Origin: Thermoproteota archaeon
GTDB taxonomy: Archaea > Korarchaeota > Korarchaeia > Korarchaeales > JAOZGB01
Length of the DNA: 64,000 nucleotides
Direction of reading: 5' to 3'
Assembly: GCA_037917685.1 (NCBI GenBank)
Contig: JAVCBU010000006.1
Coordinates: forward strand, 96,001 to 160,000
The notes under the pieces were generated by a model that had not been told where the DNA came from, did not search any database, and was given only the letters and a program-made list of their open reading frames with translations. The translations under genes were made by a program, and so were the position numbers. Below, one piece after another: positions 29,045 through 38,578 of this stretch (position 1 is the first letter of the stretch; each line of letters starts with the position of its first letter).

Positions 29045-30556
29045 ATGTCACAGGATAGGGGGCAGAGAAACATCGACAGGAGGATAGATATCCTAAAGTG
29101 CTTTCTAAAGGAAGGTTTTAACCTTTCCCCCGAGGCTTTAAACGTCCTGGAGAAGATGGATGATGAGAGAATACGTGAAATAGTAAAGAAGTTCGCGGAA
29201 GAGCCAAATAAGAAGATTGTGATAACAAGAGCACATCTAAATCAGTATATTAGCATAGAGCCTACCTCAAAAACAAGAAGACCATTAGCCGCAGAGTATG
29301 AATCTGATGTTAAAGTAATTAAGGCTCCTCAAGGAGACCTTCATATAAAAGGAGAGCTTGACGACTTCGTCAAGTATTTCCAAGATAGGTATAGAAAAAT
29401 TAGGAGGATTATAGTTGATAGGTACAAAATAAAGCCTATGGAAATCCAAGACGCTTTAACCTCTAAGGATGGGAGTGACGTAACAATAGTGGGGCTCATA
29501 AGCGATATAAGGACATCAAAAAGTAAAAACACAATAATAACGTTAGAGGATGAGACTGGAGAGATAACAGTTATAGCGAGATACAAGGACTTTTCAAACA
29601 GGATTTTTCTTAAAGACGAAGTTGTAGGCGTGGTCGGTAGAAAACTCTCTAAGAAAACAGTAATCGCTCAAAGAATCCTAGAGCCGGACACGAGACCTAG
29701 GAGGATAGAGAACAGGGACACCCCTCTTGCCGCCGCACTAATATCGGATCTACATATTGGAAGCAAATACTTCCTAGAAAAGGTCTTCAAAAAGTTCATA
29801 GGATGGATCAGACAAGCGGATTCCCTAGCTGGGAGAATAAAATACCTTGTCATTGCAGGGGACATTGTTGACGGAATAGGAGTGTATCCAAGTCAAGAAA
29901 GAGAGTTAAAAATAAAGGATGTACAGAAACAGTTTGAATACGCAACCAGGTTACTCTCTAATCTCCCCGATTACATCAAAGTTATACTTATACCTGGAAA
30001 CCACGACCCCGTAAGAGATTCAGACCCGCAACCCCCTATTCCAGAAGACTACACAAACCAGTTATCATCAGTTGTCGACCTTTTATCTCTTGGGAATCCA
30101 GCTTACATTTCCATAGAGGGTGTCGAATTCCTCATATATCATGGGAGAAGCCTTAACAGCTGGCAAAGATATACCCCTCAGGCAATACCGCTGACAAAGA
30201 CATCTTCACTTAGAATGTTAGAATTGATGTTAAGAAAAAGGCATCTTGCTCCCGTCTATGGTGAAACCCCCATTACTCCATTTAGCGAAGACTGGCTAGT
30301 GATAGAAAGAATTCCAGATGTAATGCACTGTGGACACATACACGTCAATGCGCTGGGCAGATACAAAGGAGTGACGCTTATAAACTCTGGAACATTCCAG
30401 GGCGAAACACCCTACATAGAGCAGCAAGGGATCACCGTAACCCCTGGAATAGTGCCGGTCATCCAGCTTGGAAGCCTAAACGTCATAGAGAAGTACTATG
30501 CTCAAGGTACCTCTGAAGGATATCCCGTGGAACAAGTAAGCCTAAGTCCTCGATAA
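29045..30556 (+). CDS. polB: DNA polymerase D small (proofreading) subunit DP1
   Basis: YFQDRY, OB fold (LEDETG), SDLHIGS, AGDIVDGIGVYP, PGNHD, YHG, GHIH, NSGTFQ. Confidence 0.95.
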   Translation: MSQDRGQRNIDRRIDILKCFLKEGFNLSPEALNVLEKMDDERIREIVKKFAEEPNKKIVITRAHLNQYISIEPTSKTRRPLAAEYESDVKVIKAPQGDLHIKGELDDFVKYFQDRYRKIRRIIVDRYKIKPMEIQDALTSKDGSDVTIVGLISDIRTSKSKNTIITLEDETGEITVIARYKDFSNRIFLKDEVVGVVGRKLSKKTVIAQRILEPDTRPRRIENRDTPLAAALISDLHIGSKYFLEKVFKKFIGWIRQADSLAGRIKYLVIAGDIVDGIGVYPSQERELKIKDVQKQFEYATRLLSNLPDYIKVILIPGNHDPVRDSDPQPPIPEDYTNQLSSVVDLLSLGNPAYISIEGVEFLIYHGRSLNSWQRYTPQAIPLTKTSSLRMLELMLRKRHLAPVYGETPITPFSEDWLVIERIPDVMHCGHIHVNALGRYKGVTLINSGTFQGETPYIEQQGITVTPGIVPVIQLGSLNVIEKYYAQGTSEGYPVEQVSLSPR

Positions 30557-31697
30557 TTGCCAGTATCTCCTTAGGGCTTAAAGACAAGGAATTAATACTT
30601 CTAGTATTCCCATATCGTCCTCTAAACATCACATCAGACGTTAGAATTCCAAGCTCATCTAGATTCTTGATTATTTCAGCTACACTCCTCATACTCAGCG
30701 GAGTAAAGCCTAGGAGCTTTGCAATATGATAGTAAACATCATATATCGTCCCTGTGTACGCTTTCTTACCTTCATGCATAAGCTTGGCGATTGCTTCAAG
30801 AACCAAGATCTTCTGCGGAGGTAAAGTTCTAATCTTAATTTCAACCGTATCATGCTTCATTTTGCTTAACGCCTCCTTTACATGGGGAACGCCAAGCTTA
30901 ACGCTCCCATTCCTCTCAGCAGTTTTCGCCGCAAGATACAGCAGATCTATAGCTTTCCTAGCATCACCATTATGATTCTTTGCAACAATCGCAGAAATAT
31001 AGCTTATCGCGCCTTCATCCCAGGAGCCCTTTCTAAGCCCTCGTTCAGCACGCTGTTTAAGAATCAACTCCAACTCTGAAGCCTTGTAGGGGTCAAACCT
31101 AACCATCTCCGGGCTATAGCTACTCTTAACCCTAGAGGTAAGCTTCCCCATGAACCCCATATCATTTGAAACCGTGACCAGACTGATCGATCCCTCACCA
31201 AGATCCTGAAGCCTCTTTAAGGTATACAGAAGACGGTCACCATCCCTCCTAATAAGAAGATCAACCTCATCAAGTATAACAATGAACATGTAGCCATGCT
31301 TAGCCATGTACCCGGCAAAGTCGCTACATATCTGATCGTAAGGGGGCCCGACATTCGGATACGCCGTATTTATAGCCTTAACAAGGTTAATCATAACCCT
31401 ATATGCCGAGTTAACATTGTGACAGTTAACATATCTTATAACAACAGAGGATAACGGATCTAAATCCGTCTTACCAACACTTGAAAAGCTCCGCTTAACA
31501 TTCAAGGAGACAACAGTTTTACCAGTACCCGTAGGCCCAAATAGATGCATATCCTCGGGGGGAATACTGTCAAAAACCGATTTAAAGTTCTCTTTCAAAC
31601 GATCAATATGTCGCTCCCTACAGGGCAGGTATTCAGGAATATAAGATTCACGGAGAACAAAATGATTCTTAATAATCCTCATAGGCATCAGCCTCAT
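30483..31697 (-). CDS. cdc6: Orc1/Cdc6 replication initiator
   Basis: YIPEYLPCRE, GPTGTGKT, ILDEVD, GDARKAIDLL, C-terminal wHTH with GRYGNT. Confidence 0.94.
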   Translation of the reverse strand: MRLMPMRIIKNHFVLRESYIPEYLPCRERHIDRLKENFKSVFDSIPPEDMHLFGPTGTGKTVVSLNVKRSFSSVGKTDLDPLSSVVIRYVNCHNVNSAYRVMINLVKAINTAYPNVGPPYDQICSDFAGYMAKHGYMFIVILDEVDLLIRRDGDRLLYTLKRLQDLGEGSISLVTVSNDMGFMGKLTSRVKSSYSPEMVRFDPYKASELELILKQRAERGLRKGSWDEGAISYISAIVAKNHNGDARKAIDLLYLAAKTAERNGSVKLGVPHVKEALSKMKHDTVEIKIRTLPPQKILVLEAIAKLMHEGKKAYTGTIYDVYYHIAKLLGFTPLSMRSVAEIIKNLDELGILTSDVMFRGRYGNTRSINSLSLSPKEILAIIEDLGLLVPRDILQRYLEHSTSL

Positions 31698-31748
31698 AGC
31701 TAGCCGGGCACATCTATAACAATATAAGCCACATAAAAAGCTTCCTAG

Positions 31749-31796
31749 TTTAAATAACAATTTAAAGAACGGGTTTAAAGCGAATTTAAATAACAA
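31749..31796. repeat. Four phased TTTAAA motifs, including a direct repeat TTTAAATAACAA, upstream of cdc6
   Basis: TTTAAA at 31749, 31761, 31774 and 31785. Confidence 0.6.
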
Positions 31797-32156
31797 AAAG
31801 AATCAGAAAGAATAACCAAAAAATAAAAATAAAATAATCATAAGAAAAAATAAAGAACTTAAAACAGGAGAGCAGGCGCCAAACACGAAATAATTCAATT
31901 AAAACAGAGAATTTTCAGGATTTCAAGGACAACAATATATATTGGGCGTATTAGAGCGCTTATAGAGTAAAGAGAATACAGATAGAAAAATTTAAAAATA
32001 AAAAATAAAAAAATTACTTAAAATTGTATTTGCCATATGCCTATACAAGACCTCATAACTCATGAAGTTTTACTATAAGCCACGAGCATAAATAGTCAAA
32101 AAGGTTGAAAAACGAAAAGCTTTTATTTGAAGAGATCACTATATCTATGACCCAAA

Positions 32157-32354
32157 ATGGAGCTACCACTAGCCCCAATCGACAGGATAATCAGAAAGGC
32201 CGGTGCAGATAGAGTTTCAGATGGCGCTAAGAGAGCACTTGCAAACTACTTGGAAGAGAAGGCGTACGAAGTAGCAAAGAGAGCTGTTGAACTGGCCAAG
32301 CACGCTGGAAGAAAGACAGTTGTAGAAGACGACATTAAACTAGCTACAAGGTAA
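32157..32354 (+). CDS. Archaeal histone (HMf family)
   Basis: [20 protein letters not shown]...[13 protein letters not shown]. Confidence 0.97.
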   Translation: MELPLAPIDRIIRKAGADRVSDGAKRALANYLEEKAYEVAKRAVELAKHAGRKTVVEDDIKLATR

Positions 32355-32559
32355 ACCGGCCCACTCCCATTTTTTACATTTCAAAAGTAAAACTAACTAT
32401 CAACATCCAACTACCATATCATAATATAATAGTAGAAGGGTCTCTTCTCTCCTTAAACCAGTATTTAAACGCTGTAGTCACGCTATTGAACAATAAAGCA
32501 AATCTCTGACACGGTAGGAATGAAGATCCTCCAGATTCTTATCGTTTTCTATGAAAAGG

Positions 32560-33852
32560 CTAGCTCAGTAGTTTTTTGGCTGATTTGTAGGCTTTTTTCA
32601 TGGCTTCCTGCTCGTTTATAGTTTGGAGTTTCCTATTTTCCATCAGTATTCTTCCCTCTACTATTACTGTCTCGACGTTTTCGGGTGTTGCTGAGTAGAT
32701 TGTTGAGCTTATGGGTTCGTGTGCGTAGACCATGTTTAGCCGCCATGGGTCAAGTATTACTATGTCTGCTTTGAACCCGTTTTTAAGGATGCCTGATTTT
32801 ATGTTTAGCGCCTTAGCCCCGTTTACAGTTGCCATCTGGAGGACTTGCTTTGCTGTTATGGCTCGGGGGTCGTCATTGTATACTTTATGGAGTAGGGCTG
32901 TTGTTTTCATTTCGGAGAAGAAGTCTTGTCTGCCAGTGCTTGCAGAGCCATCTGTGGCTAGGGTTACGTTAACGCCTTTTGAAAGGAGTTCTGGTACAGG
33001 AGAGACGCCGTCTGTTATGTACATGTTGCTAGTTGGGCAATGCACGGTATTTGACCTTGTCTCTGAAAGATATCTTATCTCAGTTGGTGAAAGTCTACAT
33101 GCATGAACTCCAATAAACTTCTCGTCTAAAATTCCGAGTTTGTGAAGCAGTTCTGCATCTCTTAGTCCCTCTCTCTTTATCAAGAGCTGAACGTCCTCCT
33201 CACTTTCGGCTAGGTGTGTATAGTAGTGGCGGCCATACTTGTCCGCAAGCTCCTTTGATGCTTTCAGCAAGTCATTCGAGACGAAGCATGGATGCATAGG
33301 CCCTGGCATCACGTTCTCATATTTCCTCATCAAGTACTCCAAGTTCTCAAGTACGTCATCGCCCTTTTCCCTAAGTTTCTCATAGGCTTCCACCTCGTAG
33401 AATCCTCTTGAAAGGTATCCTCGTATTCCGGTGTCTTCGAAGGCTTTCAGGACAGCTTCAAAGTGCGGGTTGCCATAATGCATTTCAAGAATTGTCGTAA
33501 CTCCCGACTTGATGTTTTCAGCTATAGCCAGAACGGCAGCGTTGTATACGTCTTCATAGGTCATCTTGGGTACTATAGGCCATATTGCCGTTTTAAGCCA
33601 GTCTAGAAGGATCATATCCGCCCCCACGGTTCTCAGTAGTACTTGAAACATGTGAGTATGCATGTTAAAAAAGCCTGGAAGTATATATTTCCCTTGAGCA
33701 TCTATTACCCTATCGGCATCGTAGCCCTCCGCCTCAGATCTAGCCCCGATAAAAGCTATCTCGCCATTTTCAACTAGGATTCCCCCATCATCTATTACCA
33801 TTTTAGACTCATCCATAGTTATAACAGTCCCACCAAGTATGAGAAGCCTCAT
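32560..33852 (-). CDS. Amidohydrolase (MTA/SAH deaminase-like)
   Basis: PGFFNMHTH, HLAES, VHAC, HCPTSN, LATDG. Confidence 0.88.
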   Translation of the reverse strand: MRLLILGGTVITMDESKMVIDDGGILVENGEIAFIGARSEAEGYDADRVIDAQGKYILPGFFNMHTHMFQVLLRTVGADMILLDWLKTAIWPIVPKMTYEDVYNAAVLAIAENIKSGVTTILEMHYGNPHFEAVLKAFEDTGIRGYLSRGFYEVEAYEKLREKGDDVLENLEYLMRKYENVMPGPMHPCFVSNDLLKASKELADKYGRHYYTHLAESEEDVQLLIKREGLRDAELLHKLGILDEKFIGVHACRLSPTEIRYLSETRSNTVHCPTSNMYITDGVSPVPELLSKGVNVTLATDGSASTGRQDFFSEMKTTALLHKVYNDDPRAITAKQVLQMATVNGAKALNIKSGILKNGFKADIVILDPWRLNMVYAHEPISSTIYSATPENVETVIVEGRILMENRKLQTINEQEAMKKAYKSAKKLLS

Positions 33853-33945
33853 CTTTCCAACTGAATTGGAAGCATCCCCGAATATTTTAACTCTCATGTC
33901 GAGGGTGAATAGTTTTAACTATGTGTAGATCCTTCAAAAAACAGA

Positions 33946-35049
33946 TTGCAACTCAGCATAAGAGATGTTTTCAAGCTCTGTAAGGAGCTTGAAGGCAAAA
34001 GTAAACGCGTTGTTAACGCTCATATTGGAGCCCCGGGGCACAGCCCCCCTATGCCTGTTAAGGATGCAATAGAATCCGTGGGAGAGTTTGGTGTCGAATA
34101 TGCGCCATTTGCAGGCATAGAAGAGTTAAGAGAGGCAGCGGCAAGGTATATAGCTAGGTGTGGCGGCCCGAGGTTGGACTGGGAGAATGTCATAGTTACC
34201 GCCAGCGGCGCACATGCAATACACGTGGTTGCTCTACTCTTCAGGAGGGGCAGAGCTCTATTCCCCCGTATAGGTTTCCCCCTTTACTATCCGCAGATAA
34301 GCCTGTCAGGAACAGAGGTGGAGCTTTACAATCCTGTTGTTGAGGAAATCGACATTGAAATAGTAAGTAGAACGGAGTTAAACCCAAATTACGCGCTTGT
34401 AAACTATCCCCATAACCCAACAGGGTTCCAGCCGAGCTCAAGGCGTATATTCAACCTTTACGAGATACTCCAGGAGAAAGGCATATTAATGGTTAACGAC
34501 GCGGTCTATCACCAAATCTACTACAAAGAAAAACCACCTGTGATAGGAGATATCATTGTGGACAGCGTATCCAAGGGTATAGCTCTGCCGGGGCTTAGAA
34601 TAGGCTTTCTATACTTTAAAGACAGGGAGCTAGCTGAAAAAGCTGGCAGAATCGTATATCACACAACGGCAGGTGCCAGCGACATCTCCCAGCTTATAGT
34701 AGTAAAAATGCTCAGTAAGGCTGACGAGTCCTACTTTCACCGTGTAAGAACATATTACAAGCATAAAATGGAGATGCTTAGGAAGGGCCTTGCAGAACTA
34801 GGGTTCGAAATGACCGAGCCTAAAGGAGCCTTCTATATCTTCACAAGACATGAATCCATAAGAGAAGCTTCGATCTTTGCATTGTCCCTACTATCCGGGA
34901 ACAGGGATGTATACATAGGAATAGTTCCTGGAGGTGTGTTTGGAGCCACGGATGAATGGATGCGTATAAGCTACGGGAAACTCACAGAGGAAGACATAAG
35001 CTTGCTTCTAGCAGAATTTGAGAAAGAACTTAGGAAAATAGACCGATAA
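33946..35049 (+). CDS. PLP-dependent aminotransferase, class I/II
   Basis: NYPHNPTG, NDAVY, SVSKGIALPGLRIG, PKGAFY. Confidence 0.9.
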   Translation: MQLSIRDVFKLCKELEGKSKRVVNAHIGAPGHSPPMPVKDAIESVGEFGVEYAPFAGIEELREAAARYIARCGGPRLDWENVIVTASGAHAIHVVALLFRRGRALFPRIGFPLYYPQISLSGTEVELYNPVVEEIDIEIVSRTELNPNYALVNYPHNPTGFQPSSRRIFNLYEILQEKGILMVNDAVYHQIYYKEKPPVIGDIIVDSVSKGIALPGLRIGFLYFKDRELAEKAGRIVYHTTAGASDISQLIVVKMLSKADESYFHRVRTYYKHKMEMLRKGLAELGFEMTEPKGAFYIFTRHESIREASIFALSLLSGNRDVYIGIVPGGVFGATDEWMRISYGKLTEEDISLLLAEFEKELRKIDR

Positions 35050-35214
35050 ACTGAGCCTACCAGCCACCTAGTTTTAAGGCCCATCTACCACTCCCTGCTC
35101 GTTATGCAACCCCAAGATAACAGATGGTACAAATCCACGATAGGCACTATCATAGTAGCAGCTCTACAATCTTCACACCAGACCAGATAAGAGCAGAGAG
35201 AAAAGCCTTACTTT

Positions 35215-35282
35215 TCGGTGTAAGGGACTACGACAACCTCTCCACGTTAATCGGTGTAAGGGACTACGACAACCTCTCCACG
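35215..35282. repeat. Perfect 32-bp direct repeat separated by TTAA
   Basis: TCGGTGTAAGGGACTACGACAACCTCTCCACG at 35215-35246 and 35251-35282. Confidence 0.95.
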
Positions 35283-35412
35283 AGTCGCAGATGTGGCAGA
35301 TGGAATGGAATATGGATCTATTACCATCAATCACGATGGGATACTGGGAAAAGGTCATATTAAAATTAGGGACTGTAGTTAGGCTCTAAACATAAACGTA
35401 TTAATACGTTCC

Positions 35413-35733
35413 TCACAGCAGTCTCGTCGGTTCTTTTGGACAAGGGACTTTGATAACAAGAAAGCGAAGTATGCCGCTCCCCCTTGCTATACCAACAATG
35501 TGGAATCCTTGCAGGACTGTCAATCAGAGTGTCAGGTCCAACCTCGCATTTCTCGCCGCCTATCTCAACAACTCCCCTACCCTCAAGCACATAGAAGACC
35601 ATGTCAACGGGGTAACCTGCTTCCTCATCTTCTCCCCCAGGCTTCAGCATTACATGAACGATCTGAGCATGCTCAGTATCGTAAATTCTGCGGGCATCCA
35701 CGCCATGAGGATTCTCCGATCTACTATTCTCAT
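35413..35733 (-). pseudogene. Cupin-domain pseudogene (several frameshifts)
   Basis: ENPHGVDARRIYDTEHAQIVH..FYVLEGRG..DSPARIPHCW; start, GEKMRKQVT and LRFLVIKVP segments lie in other frames. Confidence 0.75.
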
Positions 35734-35874
35734 ATCCAAGCCTCTACCCTACATTTAAACGTATCCCAGTAACAATCCTACACCCCACCTAGGCATAGTA
35801 TCACTCCAGTTAACCATGCCTACTTTAGATTGTCTAAGAGTATCATTAATAAGCAGACGCCTGTTATATAGCTT

Positions 35875-36699
35875 GTGAGAGAACTAAACCTTAACTGCGG
35901 GTTTGAACGCATAAGGGGTGTCAAACTCAAAGTATGCGAGTGCGATGGAAAGTCCAAGTTCACACTGGTCTTCCTTCACGGATGCCCAGGACAGATAAGC
36001 AACTGGAAGTATCAACTAAAGCACTTTTGCAATGCTTACTATTGCATCGCATACGACCAGCGGGGGTACGGCGAATCGGAAAAGCCTAGAAATGTGGTGT
36101 TTGAAGACTATGTTGAAGACTTAGCCTCAATCCTTAATAAAAAGGGTGTTAAGAAGCCAGTACTTATAGGTCACAGCTTCGGGGCAGCAGTTGCACAGCT
36201 CTACGCGAGAGATAGAGAAGTAAGCGGGCTCATCCTGATAGGATCTCTAGTCAGATGGAAGAGAGGTATAACTGACATTATGATTGATAAACTACCACCT
36301 CTTTTCTGGAGAAAACTTCTTTTCACAATGAACCCTCTCACAATTAGACTTTACCGTAAAATGTTCTTCAGCCCAAACACACCAGAGGAAGTATACCAAG
36401 AATTTGTAAAGGACAACGCTGACTACATCTCCAGCCTCCCACCCCACGTCATCCGATACGAGAAATACTTCAGCAAATACGACGCCTCCCAATGGCTCGA
36501 CAAGATAAAAGCACCTACCCTCATAATAGTAGGAGAGGACGACACCGTAACACCACCAGAATATAGCAGAAAAATCCACCAGAAAGTAGAAAACAGCAGG
36601 TTAGAAATCATAAAAAACGCAGGACACCTTATACTGTACGAAAAACCAAAAGAGCTAAACAAACTAATAGAAGAGTTCCTCACATCACTGAAAGAATAA
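35875..36699 (+). CDS. Alpha/beta-fold hydrolase
   Basis: FLHGCPG, YDQRGYGES, GHSFG nucleophile elbow, GEDD, AGH. Confidence 0.92.
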   Translation: MRELNLNCGFERIRGVKLKVCECDGKSKFTLVFLHGCPGQISNWKYQLKHFCNAYYCIAYDQRGYGESEKPRNVVFEDYVEDLASILNKKGVKKPVLIGHSFGAAVAQLYARDREVSGLILIGSLVRWKRGITDIMIDKLPPLFWRKLLFTMNPLTIRLYRKMFFSPNTPEEVYQEFVKDNADYISSLPPHVIRYEKYFSKYDASQWLDKIKAPTLIIVGEDDTVTPPEYSRKIHQKVENSRLEIIKNAGHLILYEKPKELNKLIEEFLTSLKE

Positions 36700-37206
36700 T
36701 ATACCAACAATGTACCGGAAACCAAGCACAAATCCAGACTACAATGGAGCATAGAGAACAGTAAACCATCTCCCCACGCAGAGGTTTCATGGATTGCCGC
36801 AGCATCCATAAAGTATAAATATAGAGAACAACTGAAAGGAGAAAAGGCCCAAACACACCTAGCCGCCTATCCAATCCACTTACCAGTATAGCTATTGAAA
36901 AATTATCAATATAAAATACCCTTCAAAGCGTGTGGCACATGATATAGGGACCAATCTCCATTATTATAGCTTGTAAGCCTTAAAAACCTGTCTAAGTGCT
37001 AGTTACAATGTAACTTTCTCACAAGCCAGCCCTTCAATAGTAGTTAACCCGAAAGAACTTTTATTATAGAGAACAAACACTGGAAACACGGATTTGTTCC
37101 CTATAATAGGGTTTTCACATGTTTAATAGCTGTATGAACCACCATTCATGGACATTTACTTCATGATAAGCTATAAGGAAGCGTTTTGTTCTCTACATTT
37201 AGGTGC

Positions 37207-37353
37207 GGGGTGGGGTGTCCTTCCACTCGAGAATAGCTCTGTAGGTTAGCTTATCTAATTTTTATCAAATAGTATACAAGTATTTCATTATAGTATTATT
37301 ACTTACTTCGGTGCATAACACTGTGAGTTTCGAGTGGAAGTGCACCTCCCTCC
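37207..37353. other. Candidate replication origin: inverted ORB-like boxes flanking an AT-rich unwinding element
   Basis: CTTCCACTCGA (37220-37230) and TCGAGTGGAAG (37330-37340), 19/24 identity over the extended arms, AT-rich core between them, strand-bias flip here. Confidence 0.6.
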
Positions 37354-37363
37354 TTCATATTTA

Positions 37364-37395
37364 AACTTTACCTACGGATCCATGTAGGTAAAGTT
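37364..37395. repeat. Perfect 12-bp inverted repeat
   Basis: AACTTTACCTAC-GGATCCAT-GTAGGTAAAGTT. Confidence 0.9.
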
Positions 37396-37530
37396 CAGGT
37401 GAGATGGTGAGATGAGAAGCCAAACCCACAGGTATGTGGATATAGCAGTAAGAAACATGAGGGGGCTCAATCACATACCAGTTGAGGTTCACTCCCCGAG
37501 GCCGGGTTTCTTGCCTGCGACAGCTGCCTT

Positions 37531-37593
37531 GTGGTGTCGAGGTGTGTGTCGAGGTGTTTGGTGGTGTCGAGGTAAACTTGTATTAATTTAAAA
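37531..37593 (+). promoter_or_regulatory. Three GTGTCGAGGT direct repeats followed by a TATA-like element upstream of the PiT gene
   Basis: Repeats at 37534, 37546 and 37564; TATTAATTTAAAA at 37581-37593, about 30-40 bp before the start. Confidence 0.5.
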
Positions 37594-37621
37594 TACAAGT
37601 TTAGGTTGTTCTATTGTTGTT

Positions 37622-38578
37622 ATGCTGGGAGTTTTGCTGATGGTTTTGTCTTCACTTTATATAGCTTTGAGTATTGGAGCTAATGATGAGACTATGTCCG
37701 CTGTGGCCGGTTCGCGGTTTATTTCTGTCTGGAAGGCTGTCTTGATCGGAGGGGTGTGCGATTTTCTTGGTGCTGTGTTTATTGGTAGGAGGGTTGAGGA
37801 GACTATTGGGAAGGGGATTTTGGCTTTTGATGTTAGCGTTGAGTATGCTTTAGCAATTCTTGTTGCGATGGCCTTGTGGCTTACAGTTTCGTCTTTATTT
37901 GGATTTCCTGTTTCCACGACGCATTCTGTTATTGGGTCTGCTATGGGGGTGGGTTTGCTTACCGCGGGGGCTTCTGGTGTAAACTGGGGTGTGGTGTTTA
38001 AGATTATTGCTGGTATGCTTGTTTCCCCACTATTTGGCTTTGTAATTGCCTACGTGGTTTATTCTTTGTTGAAGGTTTTTGTACTTCGTAGGGCTACTGG
38101 TGTGACTGTGAGGGAGAGGGCTGAGCTTTTAATGGCTGTTCTCCTTACCTTGAGTTCGGCGTGGACCTCTTTCTCGAGAGGTGGTAATGATATTGGTAAT
38201 GCTACTGCTTTTATATTGCATGTTATCGGTAACCCCGGCCTTGTTAGGTTTTTGTGCGGGTTTGGGATGATGCTTGGACTTCTTACTATTGGTAGGAGGG
38301 TTATTGCTAATGTTGGGATGTCTGTTGTGGGGTTGACCCCGGGCATGGCTCTTTCAGCCCAGTTTTCAACTGGTTTACTTACTTTTATTGCTACTTTGAT
38401 TGGGCTTCCTTTGTCTGGTAGTCAGATACTTGTCGCCTCGCTTGTGGGGGTTGGATATGCAAGGGGTATGAGGATTAATGTGAGGGAGATTTTTGAGATT
38501 GTGCTGTCGTGGATACTTACGTTTCCTGTGTCAGCGTTAATCTCGGCTGGGGTTCTCATGGTAATTAGGCTTTTCTAA
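37622..38578 (+). CDS. Inorganic phosphate transporter, PiT family
   Basis: IGAND, PVSTTHSVIG, FSRGGNDIGNA signature motifs. Confidence 0.92.
   Translation: MLGVLLMVLSSLYIALSIGANDETMSAVAGSRFISVWKAVLIGGVCDFLGAVFIGRRVEETIGKGILAFDVSVEYALAILVAMALWLTVSSLFGFPVSTTHSVIGSAMGVGLLTAGASGVNWGVVFKIIAGMLVSPLFGFVIAYVVYSLLKVFVLRRATGVTVRERAELLMAVLLTLSSAWTSFSRGGNDIGNATAFILHVIGNPGLVRFLCGFGMMLGLLTIGRRVIANVGMSVVGLTPGMALSAQFSTGLLTFIATLIGLPLSGSQILVASLVGVGYARGMRINVREIFEIVLSWILTFPVSALISAGVLMVIRLF

Noticed and set aside
31698-31796. Cys-containing N-terminal extension of Cdc6 in the ORF track
   Set aside because: It runs through the AT-rich promoter repeats; Cdc6 similarity starts near 31697
35215-35282. Possible mini CRISPR array
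   Set aside because: Only two units separated by 4 bp, no spacer-sized sequence and no cas genes
36680-36874. 64-aa hydrophobic ORF on the minus strand
   Set aside because: No family recognised; it may be a frameshifted membrane-gene relic or a by-product of the strand bias, so it is not called
37412-37591. 59-aa plus-strand ORF ending in WCRG repeats
   Set aside because: The Cys/Trp pattern simply translates the GTGTCGAGGT DNA repeats; no other coding evidence
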